From positions 1 through 45,935 of the forward strand of contig JBMFKQ010000010.1 of assembly GCA_049972095.1 (NCBI GenBank): a stretch of DNA of 45,935 nucleotides, written 5' to 3'. The notes below the pieces were generated by a model that was given only the letters and a program-made list of their open reading frames with translations, was not told the origin of the DNA and searched no databases. This document shows positions 10,903 to 21,043 of this stretch, piece by piece (position 1 is the stretch's first letter; every line of letters begins with the position of its first letter). Both the position numbers and the translations under genes were made by a program. This DNA comes from Elusimicrobiales bacterium. GTDB lineage: Bacteria; Elusimicrobiota; Elusimicrobia; Elusimicrobiales; UBA9959.

Positions 10903-12233
10903 TATGGCCTTCCAACAGATATATAAGTAAAACCAAGTTTTCTAATCCTATCGGGATCATAAAGGTTTCTTCCATCTATAATGAGAGGGTGATTGGCAAG
11001 TTTTTTTATCCTTTCAAAATCAAGGTCTTTAAATTCATCCCACTCTGTAACAAGGCATATACAATCAGTAGCTTTAATACAATCATAGGGATTTTCTGCA
11101 TAATATATACTTTTGCCAAAAATTTTTTTTGCATTTTCCATAGCGACAGGATCATAAGCCTTTATTTTTGCTCCAAGATTTAGCAGTTTGTTTATTATAT
11201 CAATTGAAGGAGCAAACCTCATGTCATCAGTCTTTGGTTTAAATGCAAGACCAAGTATGCTTATATTTTTGCCATCAACATTCCACAACTCCTCTTCAAC
11301 CTTTCTAACCATCCAGTTTTTTTGTCCTTCATTTATGTTTTTTACCTCTTTAAGCAAAGCAAACTCATATCCAACCTTTTTGCTAAGCCAGTAAAACGCC
11401 TCAAGATCCTTTGGAAAACAAAAACCACCAAAACCAATACCGGCCTTTAAAAAGTCAGACCCTATTCTTTTATCAAGTCCCATACCCTTTGCAACAAGCT
11501 CAACATTTGCACCAGTTTTTTCACATATATTTGCAACAGCATTTATAAAAGAGATCTTTGTAGAAAGAAATGAGTTTGATGCATGCTTTATAAGCTCAGC
11601 GCTTTTAACATCACAGACAAGAATTGGGTATTTTGAAAGTGGCTTATATATATCAAGCATAAGATTCTTTGCCCTTTGGCTGTTTACACCTATAACTATT
11701 CTGTCTGGTTTTAAAAAATCATTTATTGCAACGCCTTCCCTCAAAAACTCAGGGTTTGAGCAGACATCAAATGGAATATTATTCTTATTGTATTTTTTTA
11801 CTGTTTTTTCAATCCACAAACATGTCTCAACAGGCACAGTTGATTTTTCAACTATCACAGTATAATCCTTCATATTCTTTGCAATCTCTGCTGAAACCTT
11901 CTCAACAGCACTTAAATCCGCAGATCCATCCTCCCTTGGAGGAGTGCCAACAGCGATAAAAACTGCCTCTGCATTCTTACCTTCCCATTCCATAGCCTGT
12001 TTTATTGATGTTGTAAAAAAAAGCCTTTTTGCTTTAACATTTTTTTTAACAAGATCTTCAAGACCTTCTTCATATATTGGCATTTTGAGCTTTTGAAGCA
12101 TCTTTATCTTCTCTTCGTTATTATCAACGCAAACAACCCTGTGCCCCATCTCACTCAAACAGGCACCGCTTACAAGCCCAACATAGCCAGTTCCAATCAT
12201 TACTATACTAACGCTCCGGCCCTTACTCATCAA
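10902..12233 (-). CDS. ugd: UDP-glucose 6-dehydrogenase
   Basis: [44 protein letters not shown] motifs. Confidence 0.95.
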   Translation of the reverse strand: MMSKGRSVSIVMIGTGYVGLVSGACLSEMGHRVVCVDNNEEKIKMLQKLKMPIYEEGLEDLVKKNVKAKRLFFTTSIKQAMEWEGKNAEAVFIAVGTPPREDGSADLSAVEKVSAEIAKNMKDYTVIVEKSTVPVETCLWIEKTVKKYNKNNIPFDVCSNPEFLREGVAINDFLKPDRIVIGVNSQRAKNLMLDIYKPLSKYPILVCDVKSAELIKHASNSFLSTKISFINAVANICEKTGANVELVAKGMGLDKRIGSDFLKAGIGFGGFCFPKDLEAFYWLSKKVGYEFALLKEVKNINEGQKNWMVRKVEEELWNVDGKNISILGLAFKPKTDDMRFAPSIDIINKLLNLGAKIKAYDPVAMENAKKIFGKSIYYAENPYDCIKATDCICLVTEWDEFKDLDFERIKKLANHPLIIDGRNLYDPDRIRKLGFTYISVGRP

Positions 12234-12260
12234 ACCCTCCCATCCTGCTTTTCCAAGCCC

Positions 12261-13415
12261 CTAAGCAGCTTTTTCACTTACAAGCTCATATGCCCTTTTC
12301 TTTTCGGCCTTTGATAGAAAGTATATTGCAATAAAAATGAAGAGAAGAGCAACCCAGTCTTCCGGCTTTGGTGGTTTGAAACCCATATCCTTAAAGAATA
12401 TATACACAAGTAGTGTAGAAACAGTGCCGGCAATAAGTGATGATATTCTGTTTACAAGCCCGGCAAATGTTGCAGTTCTTCCTTTAAACATAAAGAGGAA
12501 AACTGAAAAAAATGCCGCTGCACCAAAAGGAAAACCGCTTAAAACTATCAAAAACCATTTATCAGGAATATTGTCAAAAGCAAACTTAAACTGATAAACA
12601 AATGTCTTAGTATAGTTAGGCAGGGAAAAATTAACCTCTGAAAAATGGTAATATAAAAAACCTGCGATAACTATAAAAAGTGTGCTTGAGATTTGCTCTA
12701 TTGCAAAAAAACCTTTTGTATCATAAATAGCTCCCTTAGGTCTTGTGTTTTTGTAATAGTTCATTATATAGAGCCTTATTGAATATGAGATCAGATAAAA
12801 TGTAAGTATGGTCATTGCAGCAGAATTGTGTATAAAATCAAAATCTCCCGGCTTTGTTTCAAAAAAAGAAATATTTTCTATTCCCAAAAAACCACCTCCC
12901 AACCTTACCTTGATAAAAAGTTGAATACTTAATGCAAGTATTGCAAAAATAGCTCCAACATTTTCCTGCCAATAAACCCTTTTTTTAAGTATTCCCTGCC
13001 ATATCTGAATCTGATCAATTATTCTGCTTATTATTATTATGCTTGCCCTCATTATTACCATTGCAACCATAACTGATATAGGAAGTGTGTACATAAGTGT
13101 AGTTGTTGGTATAATTATTGCAGTACATATCCCTGAGGGTATTATGTATAAAAATTCCTTTGGCATTTCTATTCCAAGAAACTTTATGTAGCTTGATGAC
13201 CTAAACCTGTACCACCTCCACACTATTACAACAAGGTTGCATATCAGCATTCCTCCAATTGTATTATAAACTGTGAAAACAGTTCCACCAACTTCATAAG
13301 ATTTCTCCATCACCTTAGTAAGCATTGTATATACTACATAAAGCACAAAATAAGAAAATGAATATTGAATCAAACGTTCAGTCGAACCATCCTCTGTTTT
13401 ACCAAAAATTCCCAT
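12261..13415 (-). CDS. Polytopic membrane protein of unknown function (about 10 TM)
   Basis: Repeated hydrophobic helices, no motif confidently recognised. Confidence 0.7.
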   Translation of the reverse strand: MGIFGKTEDGSTERLIQYSFSYFVLYVVYTMLTKVMEKSYEVGGTVFTVYNTIGGMLICNLVVIVWRWYRFRSSSYIKFLGIEMPKEFLYIIPSGICTAIIIPTTTLMYTLPISVMVAMVIMRASIIIISRIIDQIQIWQGILKKRVYWQENVGAIFAILALSIQLFIKVRLGGGFLGIENISFFETKPGDFDFIHNSAAMTILTFYLISYSIRLYIMNYYKNTRPKGAIYDTKGFFAIEQISSTLFIVIAGFLYYHFSEVNFSLPNYTKTFVYQFKFAFDNIPDKWFLIVLSGFPFGAAAFFSVFLFMFKGRTATFAGLVNRISSLIAGTVSTLLVYIFFKDMGFKPPKPEDWVALLFIFIAIYFLSKAEKKRAYELVSEKAA

Positions 13416-13417
13416 AT

Positions 13418-13819
13418 CTACTCCCTATCCTTAACAGGATATTTAGATGTTATCCTTTTTATCCTATCTGCAAGATCTGTAACATCAAACGGTTTTATCA
13501 CATAATCCACTGCTCCAAAAAGAAGGGCATCATTTAATGTTGCAGCATCAGAAAGACCACTTACAGCTACAACCGGAACCTTTCCAAGCCTTTCATTACT
13601 TTTTATATCTCTTATAAATGTTATACCATCAAGATGTGGCATCATTATATCCATAAGTATTATATCTGGGATTTCATTCTCTTTTATATTTTCAAGATAT
13701 TCCTTTGCTTTCTTAGGCTCATCAAAAACAATAACATCAAACTCAAGAAGCCCTGTTTTATACATATCAACTATTGCCTCATCATCATCAACAGCAACAA
13801 CCTTTATCTTCTTTTCCAT
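13418..13819 (-). CDS. Single-domain response regulator
   Basis: VDDD, MDIMMPHLDG, VSG and KPF receiver motifs. Confidence 0.92.
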   Translation of the reverse strand: MEKKIKVVAVDDDEAIVDMYKTGLLEFDVIVFDEPKKAKEYLENIKENEIPDIILMDIMMPHLDGITFIRDIKSNERLGKVPVVAVSGLSDAATLNDALLFGAVDYVIKPFDVTDLADRIKRITSKYPVKDRE

Positions 13820-13856
13820 ATACCTTTATTTTACATAAATTTTATAAAATTTAGTT

Positions 13857-14120
13857 ATGAATTTATTGGATCATCAAATTAAAAAACTCAGAAAGGAAAT
13901 AGACATAATTGACAAGAAGATAATAATGCTTTTAGATGAAAGATTTGAGATTGTAAAGAGAATTGGTGTTATAAAAAAAAGATTAAAACTTCCAATAACA
14001 GACAAAAAAAGGGAAAAAGAAATTTTAACAAAGGTTAATAAAATCTCATTCAACTACTCAAAACAGATAACTAAGCTCTACACTCATATAATAAAGCTAT
14101 CCAAGGGGATTGAGAGATGA
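13857..14120 (+). CDS. Chorismate mutase (AroQ class)
   Basis: LRKEIDIID...LLDERF...IGVIK...D.KRE pattern. Confidence 0.9.
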   Translation: MNLLDHQIKKLRKEIDIIDKKIIMLLDERFEIVKRIGVIKKRLKLPITDKKREKEILTKVNKISFNYSKQITKLYTHIIKLSKGIER

Positions 14121-15058
14121 GAATATACTTTAAAGCTAAATCTGATGAAATAGTAAATGCAATTAAAAAAATGTTTAGATGTAGGATAAAACTCAAGGAT
14201 AAGTTTATTGAGATTGATGGTTTTAAGAAAGGGTATATATACAACTATATACCAAGGATAAAAGCCCTTTATGGCGTAAGTAAGATAGAAACCAAATATG
14301 ATGAGATAATGCCGATCATATCAGGTAAAAATTTTTATTTTACATCACCATTGAATACTAAGAAAAAAATAATAATAGCAGGGCCATGTGTAATACACGA
14401 TTTCGATGAGTTTGAAAGAACAGTCACTAAACTAAAAAATCTAAATGTTTATGCTATAAGAACACCACTTTTTAAACCACGAACCTCACCATACAGCTGG
14501 GAGGGTTTTGGACTAAATGGGTTGAAAAAGCTGTTAGAGATAAAAAAGAAGATATCCTTTATATCCGTGATGGAAATACTTGATCCAAGAATAATAGAAA
14601 AAGTTAGCAATGTCTGTGATATAATCCAGATAGGTGCAAGAAATATGAGAAACTACCAGCTTCTTAAAGAAGCAGCCAGAAGCAAAAAGACTCTGCTTAT
14701 TAAAAGGCATCCACATTCCTCAGTTACCGAATTTCTTTTTTCAGCAGAGTATATTGCAAAATATGGATGTAGTAAAATCATTTTATGCGAAAGAGGGGAT
14801 TATTTTTCTGATGATATATCATCTATAAACCTTGAAATTATTAAAGAGATCAAAAAACACTTCAAAATTCCAATAATAGCAGATGTTAGTCACTCTGCAA
14901 AAGATAGAAAAATTGTTTTTGATTTTGCATTAAAATCATGGGAAATATCAGATGGCATAATGATTGAGGTTATGGAAAATCCCCACAATTCTCCAACAGA
15001 TACAAAACAGATAATATCCATAGATGAGTTTAAAAGACTTATTGAAAGTCTTAAATGA
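14117..15058 (+). CDS. aroF: DAHP synthase, class I-beta, with N-terminal regulatory-like domain
   Basis: IAGPC, FKPRTSPY, QIGARNM, LIKR, LCERG, DVSH, DGIMIEV motifs. Position in the aro operon. Confidence 0.85.
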   Translation: MRIYFKAKSDEIVNAIKKMFRCRIKLKDKFIEIDGFKKGYIYNYIPRIKALYGVSKIETKYDEIMPIISGKNFYFTSPLNTKKKIIIAGPCVIHDFDEFERTVTKLKNLNVYAIRTPLFKPRTSPYSWEGFGLNGLKKLLEIKKKISFISVMEILDPRIIEKVSNVCDIIQIGARNMRNYQLLKEAARSKKTLLIKRHPHSSVTEFLFSAEYIAKYGCSKIILCERGDYFSDDISSINLEIIKEIKKHFKIPIIADVSHSAKDRKIVFDFALKSWEISDGIMIEVMENPHNSPTDTKQIISIDEFKRLIESLK

Positions 15059-15852
15059 AAATAGCACTTGTAGGAAATCCACTTAGATTGTCATTATCTC
15101 ATATTCTTTATGCTTTAATTAGTGAGATGATAGGTGAAAAAATTGACTTTTTTAAGTTAGAAACAGAAAACCCTTTCAAAGCCTTAGAGTTTATTAAACA
15201 AGAAAAAATGAATGGATTTTTCATCACCATGCCATATAAAAGAACCTTTCTCTCAATGTTTTACGAAGACGAATATGTAAAAAAAGCAATGAATATAAAC
15301 TGTGTTAGAATTGATGATGAGAAATTTTTTGCCACAAATACAGATCTTATTGCCCTTGAGAAGATGATGGAGATTAAAGGAATAGACCCATCAGGTAGAA
15401 AATGCTTGATAATTGGAAATGGCTGTGCTGCAATGACATCAATAGCAATTGTCTCAAAACTAAAAGCAGCAGAGATAATCTTGATAGCTCGTAATCATAA
15501 AAAAACAGAGGAACTAAAAAAGTTATTTAAAGAAATACCACTCATTGAAATTGAACCAGCTTTTAACATAAAAACAGATATACTTATAAACGCAACCCCT
15601 CTTGGGATGTATGATGAGTTTAGTGAAAATCTAAGAATTATCTATAACTCAGTTATAGATTTTGCATATAAAGAAGATGAGACCAAAATTATAAAAAAAG
15701 CTATAGAAGAGTCAAAAAGATTTATATCTGGAAAAGAATTGCTTGTTATGCAGGCTCTTTATGGGCTTAAACATATATCAGCTAAAAATTTCATAGATAT
15801 CTATAATGAACTATATCCAAGATTTATAAAAAGGATAAAGGAGAGCAAATGA
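15055..15852 (+). CDS. aroE: Shikimate dehydrogenase
   Basis: GNP...SLS, TMPYK, NTD, IGNG.AA, INATPLGM, G...LV.QA motifs. Confidence 0.85.
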   Translation: MKIALVGNPLRLSLSHILYALISEMIGEKIDFFKLETENPFKALEFIKQEKMNGFFITMPYKRTFLSMFYEDEYVKKAMNINCVRIDDEKFFATNTDLIALEKMMEIKGIDPSGRKCLIIGNGCAAMTSIAIVSKLKAAEIILIARNHKKTEELKKLFKEIPLIEIEPAFNIKTDILINATPLGMYDEFSENLRIIYNSVIDFAYKEDETKIIKKAIEESKRFISGKELLVMQALYGLKHISAKNFIDIYNELYPRFIKRIKESK

Positions 15853-16796
15853 ACTATCTAACCGCAGGAGAATCTCATAGTAAATATATTATGGCAATAT
15901 TAAATGGCTTTCCACAAGGACTTAAGATAGATGAAGAGTATATCTCAAAAAACCTTAAAAAAAGAAGAGAACTGCCTGGAAGAAGTAAAAGGCAGGAGGT
16001 TGAAAAAGATGAGTTTGAGATAATCTCAGGGCTATCAAACGGAAAAACCACAGGTATGCCAATTGGAATAATAATAAAGAATAATAAAAATGAAAGATAT
16101 CCAAATAACTTCATCCCCTTACATGGCGAAAGATATGGTGCAATTAAATACCTAAACAAGGATTATGCATCTTATAGAGAAAGGTTATCACAGAGAGAAA
16201 CTGCTGCAAGAGTTTCTATCTTTTCTTTCCCAAGAAAGATGTTAGAGGAACTTGGAATAAAAATACACTCAGGGGTTACAAGCTGTTATGGGGAAAAAAA
16301 AGCACGAGAGTTTAAAAAAATAATTGAAAGATTCAAAATTGAGGGTGATAGTTTTGGTGGGGTATTCGAGGTTAGGATAAAAAATCTTGTACCTGGAATT
16401 GGCGGATTTGCACAAGGGTTGGACAGACTTCAATCAAAACTTTCAAATATGCTTTTCAGTATAGGGTCAATAAAAGGAGTTGAGTTTGGTGCAGGTTTTA
16501 ACATAGAAAGATACACAACAACCCAGATTCTAAAAAAACCACAGCTACTTGGAGGTATTGAAGGTGGGGTATCAAGGGGAGATGATATAGTAATAAGATG
16601 TGTCACAAGACCCCTTGCCGCTGCAAGAAGGATATCCACAGAGAGCACAAGTGATATCACATCAGTTTTTACAGCAGCATTTATATCAGAGTTTCTTGTT
16701 GCCTATGTTATAGCAGATGAGATAATATCAAAGTTCGGCTCAGATGTATTTGATGAGATAAAAGATGCCTATAAGAGATATTTAAAACGAATATGA
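15849..16796 (+). CDS. aroC: Chorismate synthase (divergent, short)
   Basis: TAGESH, GKTTGMPI, RETAARV, GDSFGG, IKGVEFGAGF, GGIEGG.S.G motifs. Confidence 0.88.
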   Translation: MNYLTAGESHSKYIMAILNGFPQGLKIDEEYISKNLKKRRELPGRSKRQEVEKDEFEIISGLSNGKTTGMPIGIIIKNNKNERYPNNFIPLHGERYGAIKYLNKDYASYRERLSQRETAARVSIFSFPRKMLEELGIKIHSGVTSCYGEKKAREFKKIIERFKIEGDSFGGVFEVRIKNLVPGIGGFAQGLDRLQSKLSNMLFSIGSIKGVEFGAGFNIERYTTTQILKKPQLLGGIEGGVSRGDDIVIRCVTRPLAAARRISTESTSDITSVFTAAFISEFLVAYVIADEIISKFGSDVFDEIKDAYKRYLKRI

Positions 16797-17290
16797 AGAT
16801 AGTCATATATGGTTTTATGGCTAGTGGTAAAACAACCATAGGCAGGCTCGTTGCAAAAAAGCTTAAACTTCCCTTCTACGACACAGATATTATTTTTGAA
16901 AAAAAATATAAGACACCTGTTTACAAATTTATAAAGGGAGAATCTATCAAAAGATTTAGGGAGATTGAGAAAAAGATATTTTTAAAACTCCTTGAAATAA
17001 AAAAAGATTGTGTTATATCCGTAGGTGGTGGGATCTTTCCAAGAGGCAAAAAAAACATCATCGAAATATTTATTGATACACCATACACATTACTGAAAAA
17101 GAGATTTTCAAAGGCAAAAAAAACAAGACCACTCCTTGAACAAAAGAACTCGGATATAAGAAAACTATATCTTTCAAGGATCAGAAAATATAAAAAGGCA
17201 AGATTTAAAATCACCGAAGAAAACTCTTTTAATGCTGCCAGAAAAATAGTGAAAATCTATTATGATGAGAAAAATAAAAATAAAGAATGA
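16793..17290 (+). CDS. aroK: Shikimate kinase
   Basis: GFMASGKTTIG P-loop, DTD, FREIE, GGG, RPLL. Confidence 0.92.
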   Translation: MKIVIYGFMASGKTTIGRLVAKKLKLPFYDTDIIFEKKYKTPVYKFIKGESIKRFREIEKKIFLKLLEIKKDCVISVGGGIFPRGKKNIIEIFIDTPYTLLKKRFSKAKKTRPLLEQKNSDIRKLYLSRIRKYKKARFKITEENSFNAARKIVKIYYDEKNKNKE

Positions 17291-18296
17291 AATCCCTTCA
17301 TATATTATATGGGGAGATTCAAATAAACTACTAAGAAAAATAAGAAATGAAAAAAAACTTCTTATCTTTGATAGAAATGCTTCACTTGGTTTTGTAAATG
17401 GGTTTAGATATGCCCTTGGACTTACAGAATATCAAAAGAACACAAGTCTTTTTGAAAAAATAATAAACTTTTTTTACAAAACTAAATTAAACAGGAAGGA
17501 TATTGTAGTCTGCGCTGGTGGAGGGCTTTTAAGTGATGTCTGTGGATTTGCAACTTCAGTGTGGATGAGAGGAGTTGATTTCATAATAATCCCAACAACA
17601 CTTTTATCACAGATTGACGCATCTGTTGGTGGTAAGACTGCAATAAACTTTAAGGATAAGAAAAATCTTATTGGAAGCTTTCATTTTCCCAAATATGTCA
17701 TAATTGACCCTCAACTTACATTATCTCAAAACTATAATGATTATATTCAAGCCTTCGGCGAGATTTTTAAGTATATCATTATATCTGATGAAAAAACATC
17801 AAGAAGAATAATAGATCTAATTGATGGAGTCATAGAAAGGAAGGTTAAAAGCATTAAAAACTGCTCAAGATTATGTGTTGATTTTAAACTAAAAATTATT
17901 GAAAAGGATCCATTTGATAAAAAAGGCATAAGAGAGATTTTAAACTTTGGTCACACAATTGCTCATGCTCTTGAGATGCTTTCAACAATTCCTCATGGTG
18001 ATGCGGTTCTTTGTGGGTGTATCTTTGAGCTTATGCTTTCTCAAAAACTTGGCTATATAAAAAAAGAGAAAAATCAAAAATTCTTTGAACTTCTAAGATA
18101 TAGAGATGTTGATGAGAAAATTAAAAATATAAACTTTAAAAGGATACTTGAGAAAATTGAATATGACAAGAAAAACTCATCATCAAAAAACAGCTTTCTT
18201 ATAATAACAAATAGAGGAATAAAAAAGATAGTTGATGTTGAGGATAGAATACTTTATGAAATATGGAGAAGATTATGCGAAAAAAGATACTTATAA
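17262..18296 (+). CDS. aroB: 3-dehydroquinate synthase
   Basis: GGG...D..GF, RG...IPTTLLSQIDASVGGKTAIN, KNLIGSF, LNFGHTIAHALE, HGDAV. Confidence 0.95.
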   Translation: MMRKIKIKNEIPSYIIWGDSNKLLRKIRNEKKLLIFDRNASLGFVNGFRYALGLTEYQKNTSLFEKIINFFYKTKLNRKDIVVCAGGGLLSDVCGFATSVWMRGVDFIIIPTTLLSQIDASVGGKTAINFKDKKNLIGSFHFPKYVIIDPQLTLSQNYNDYIQAFGEIFKYIIISDEKTSRRIIDLIDGVIERKVKSIKNCSRLCVDFKLKIIEKDPFDKKGIREILNFGHTIAHALEMLSTIPHGDAVLCGCIFELMLSQKLGYIKKEKNQKFFELLRYRDVDEKIKNINFKRILEKIEYDKKNSSSKNSFLIITNRGIKKIVDVEDRILYEIWRRLCEKRYL

Positions 18297-18706
18297 TACA
18301 TGGACCAAATCTTCATCTTCTTGGAATAAGGGAAAAAGAGATATATGGCAATATTACGCTTGATGAACTTAACAGAAAAATAAAAGATTATGCCAAGAAA
18401 AAAGGTGTTTTACTAAAGATATTTCAGGAAAACTGTGAAGGCAGGATAATAGAGATAATCACAAGACACATAGGAAGGGTTGATTTTCTGATAATAAACC
18501 CTGGTGCTTTAACCCACTACAGCTATGTTTTAAGGGACTGCATAAAAGGGTGTATGATACCGACAGTTGAGGTGCATTTATCAAATATAACAAAAAGAGA
18601 GAGCTTTAGAAAAAGATCAGTTATAAAAGATGTATGCATAGCACAGATATATGGATATGGTATTGATTCTTATCTCAAAGCAATAGACCTATGCCTTCTA
18701 AAATAA
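18275..18706 (+). CDS. aroQ: Type II 3-dehydroquinate dehydratase
   Basis: HGPNL.LLG.RE...YG, INPGALTHYS..LRD, EVHLSN...RE.FR. Start placed at ATG 18275 after GGAGAAG. Confidence 0.95.
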   Translation: MRKKILIIHGPNLHLLGIREKEIYGNITLDELNRKIKDYAKKKGVLLKIFQENCEGRIIEIITRHIGRVDFLIINPGALTHYSYVLRDCIKGCMIPTVEVHLSNITKRESFRKRSVIKDVCIAQIYGYGIDSYLKAIDLCLLK

Positions 18707-19920
18707 TATATACCCCCCCACCAGATAAATCAATAACAATAAGATGCCTTGTCATTGCATCACTTGTTGGTAAAAAAATAAATATTAAAAATCCTCTTTA
18801 TTGCAGTGATACACTCTATACAATAAAAAACCTTGAAAAGCTTGGTTGTTGTGTTAGAAAAAATAAAAGTTCAATAACTATAAAAGGACCTGGGCTTTAT
18901 GGTTATAGAAAAAATATTGTTATAGATGTGGGTGAATCCGCACTTTTTTTAAGGCTTATACTTGCGGTTCTTCTAAATCAAAACTCAAGATATATAATCA
19001 AAGGCAGAAAAACAATTCTTAGAAGAGATTTCTCAGATACATTGATACCTTTAATAAAACTTGGTGCAAAAATTAAACATAATAACTATCATCTTCCATT
19101 TAAGATATATCCTTCAAACCTAAAGAATGAAAGTTTTAAAACCACATCCGCTCAGACAAAATCAATGCTTATGATGCTTTCACTCTACAAAAAAGGGATA
19201 AAAATTAAAGAGGATAAAAAAACAAGAGACCATACAGAGAATATAATGAGATATATGGGAGTAGAGATAAAGGAAAAAAATTGCTGGATAGAGATAGAAG
19301 GCAATCTCAAGAAAAGAAATCTTGAGGTTTGTGGAGATTTTTCATCAGCAGCACCATTTATTGTCATATCAGTTATTAAAAAGCTGTCAATAAAAATAAA
19401 AAACTGCATAATAAATACAAAAAGGATTGGACTTCTAAGATTAATAGAAAATATGGGGGTAGAGGTTATATTTAAAAATACGAAAGAGGTTATGAATGAA
19501 AAGGTTTCAGATATCATAATAAATCCACCTCAAATTCTTAAAAGTGCTGTTGTAAAGGATATTACCGATATGATAGATGAGTTTATGCTTGCAGCAATTC
19601 TTCTTTCATATGCTCTGGGAAAAAGCACTCTTTATGTTGAAAAGACTCTTTCAAATAAGGAGTCAGACAGGATATTACTAACGATTGAGATACTCAAAAA
19701 AATGAATACTTTTAAAAAATATGACAGTAAAAAAATAGAGATAGTTGGAGGAAATCCACAAAAAATTAAATTCATAGACACACATTCTGATCACAGAGCT
19801 GCTATGGCTGGCGGTGTTCTTAAAATCATCAATAACCCCTCAATAAAGATTTCAGATACTAAATGTGTTTCAAAAACATATCCTAATTTTTGGAAGGATA
19901 TCAAAAGATATTTCTGTTAA
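18691..19920 (+). CDS. aroA: 3-phosphoshikimate 1-carboxyvinyltransferase (class II-type EPSP synthase)
   Basis: DKSI, SAQTKS, RDHTE, GDFSSAA, IDE, KESDR, DHR..M, TYP.F motifs. Confidence 0.9.
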   Translation: MPSKIIYTPPPDKSITIRCLVIASLVGKKINIKNPLYCSDTLYTIKNLEKLGCCVRKNKSSITIKGPGLYGYRKNIVIDVGESALFLRLILAVLLNQNSRYIIKGRKTILRRDFSDTLIPLIKLGAKIKHNNYHLPFKIYPSNLKNESFKTTSAQTKSMLMMLSLYKKGIKIKEDKKTRDHTENIMRYMGVEIKEKNCWIEIEGNLKKRNLEVCGDFSSAAPFIVISVIKKLSIKIKNCIINTKRIGLLRLIENMGVEVIFKNTKEVMNEKVSDIIINPPQILKSAVVKDITDMIDEFMLAAILLSYALGKSTLYVEKTLSNKESDRILLTIEILKKMNTFKKYDSKKIEIVGGNPQKIKFIDTHSDHRAAMAGGVLKIINNPSIKISDTKCVSKTYPNFWKDIKRYFC

Positions 19921-19942
19921 AATATGCTCAAAGAAGAAAAGT

Positions 19943-21043
19943 TTAATGGTGTGAAAGCAACTCAAAAGCCTTCATAACAGCAACATCACAATCTATAACA
20001 TAATTGACAGAATATTTTTTATATCCAGTATAACTTACATTTACATCTGGGGCTATTCCATCATCCATATCCTTACCTGATGGTGGATAAAGCTTTGCTA
20101 TGGTTATTTGAGCAGCAGCATTATGTGCAAGCTTAAACATCTTTGTTATATAAATATTACCAGATGTCTTTTCTCCAACGACAAAAGCACCCCACTCTTT
20201 AAGACTCTGGGCAATTATCTCCCCAAGAAGAGATGTTTTTTTATCAACAACAACACTAACATCCATATTCTTAAAAGGGGATTGTGAAACATCAAATTTT
20301 CTTGAATAGCCCTCCTTTGATGATCTTATAAAATAGTTTTTTGAATCCTTTGAAAAATATGAAATTATATTTGCTACCTCATCATAATTTCCAGCAGATA
20401 CATCCCTTAAATCAATAATGAGTTTCTTTACACCTCTATTTATTAAATTCATTACATTGTTTTTAAAATAGGTTGAAGAATTCTTTGAAAGTGATACTAT
20501 GTTTATATACGCTGTATCACTGTCAAGCATCATACTCCACACAAAAGGAAATACATTCATCTCCTTTTTTACAACAAGCCTCCAATCAGCCCTCCCATCA
20601 TTATAGGATAAGAGTAAGCTTTCCTTCTTTGATATATATTCAGCTAAGCGACAAGGATCTGGATCAGGTGAAGCATCATCTATTTTTTTTAGAATGCCAT
20701 TTTTAAGACCTGCTTCATAAGCTATAGTATAATCAAAAACCTTTGCAATAAGATATCTATCTTTATCCTTTTTAAGAACAAAAGGATAGTAAAAAACCTT
20801 TTCATTTCTAAATCCATTCTTTTCCCTCACCTTTTTACCTTTAAGATAAACTATCTCAAAATTTTTGTCTATCTTTTTTATAGCAGAGGGCCCTTCATCA
20901 ACAAGTCTTTTAACCTCATCCTGAGAAAGAGAATAATATGAATGATTAAGAAGAGCAACAGTAAGTTGATTTTTATCATAACCCTTCTTTTGACAGGAAA
21001 AAACTAAAAAAAAACAAGCAAGAACAACTGCTTTCTTTCTCAT
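19943..21043 (-). CDS. S41 (CtpA-like) peptidase-family lipoprotein, catalytic residues apparently absent
   Basis: Lipobox LVFSC, PDZ-like segment (AYEAGLK), LIIDLR, VVGEKT.G, P.G...GI.PD. Confidence 0.75.
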   Translation of the reverse strand: MRKKAVVLACFFLVFSCQKKGYDKNQLTVALLNHSYYSLSQDEVKRLVDEGPSAIKKIDKNFEIVYLKGKKVREKNGFRNEKVFYYPFVLKKDKDRYLIAKVFDYTIAYEAGLKNGILKKIDDASPDPDPCRLAEYISKKESLLLSYNDGRADWRLVVKKEMNVFPFVWSMMLDSDTAYINIVSLSKNSSTYFKNNVMNLINRGVKKLIIDLRDVSAGNYDEVANIISYFSKDSKNYFIRSSKEGYSRKFDVSQSPFKNMDVSVVVDKKTSLLGEIIAQSLKEWGAFVVGEKTSGNIYITKMFKLAHNAAAQITIAKLYPPSGKDMDDGIAPDVNVSYTGYKKYSVNYVIDCDVAVMKAFELLSHH

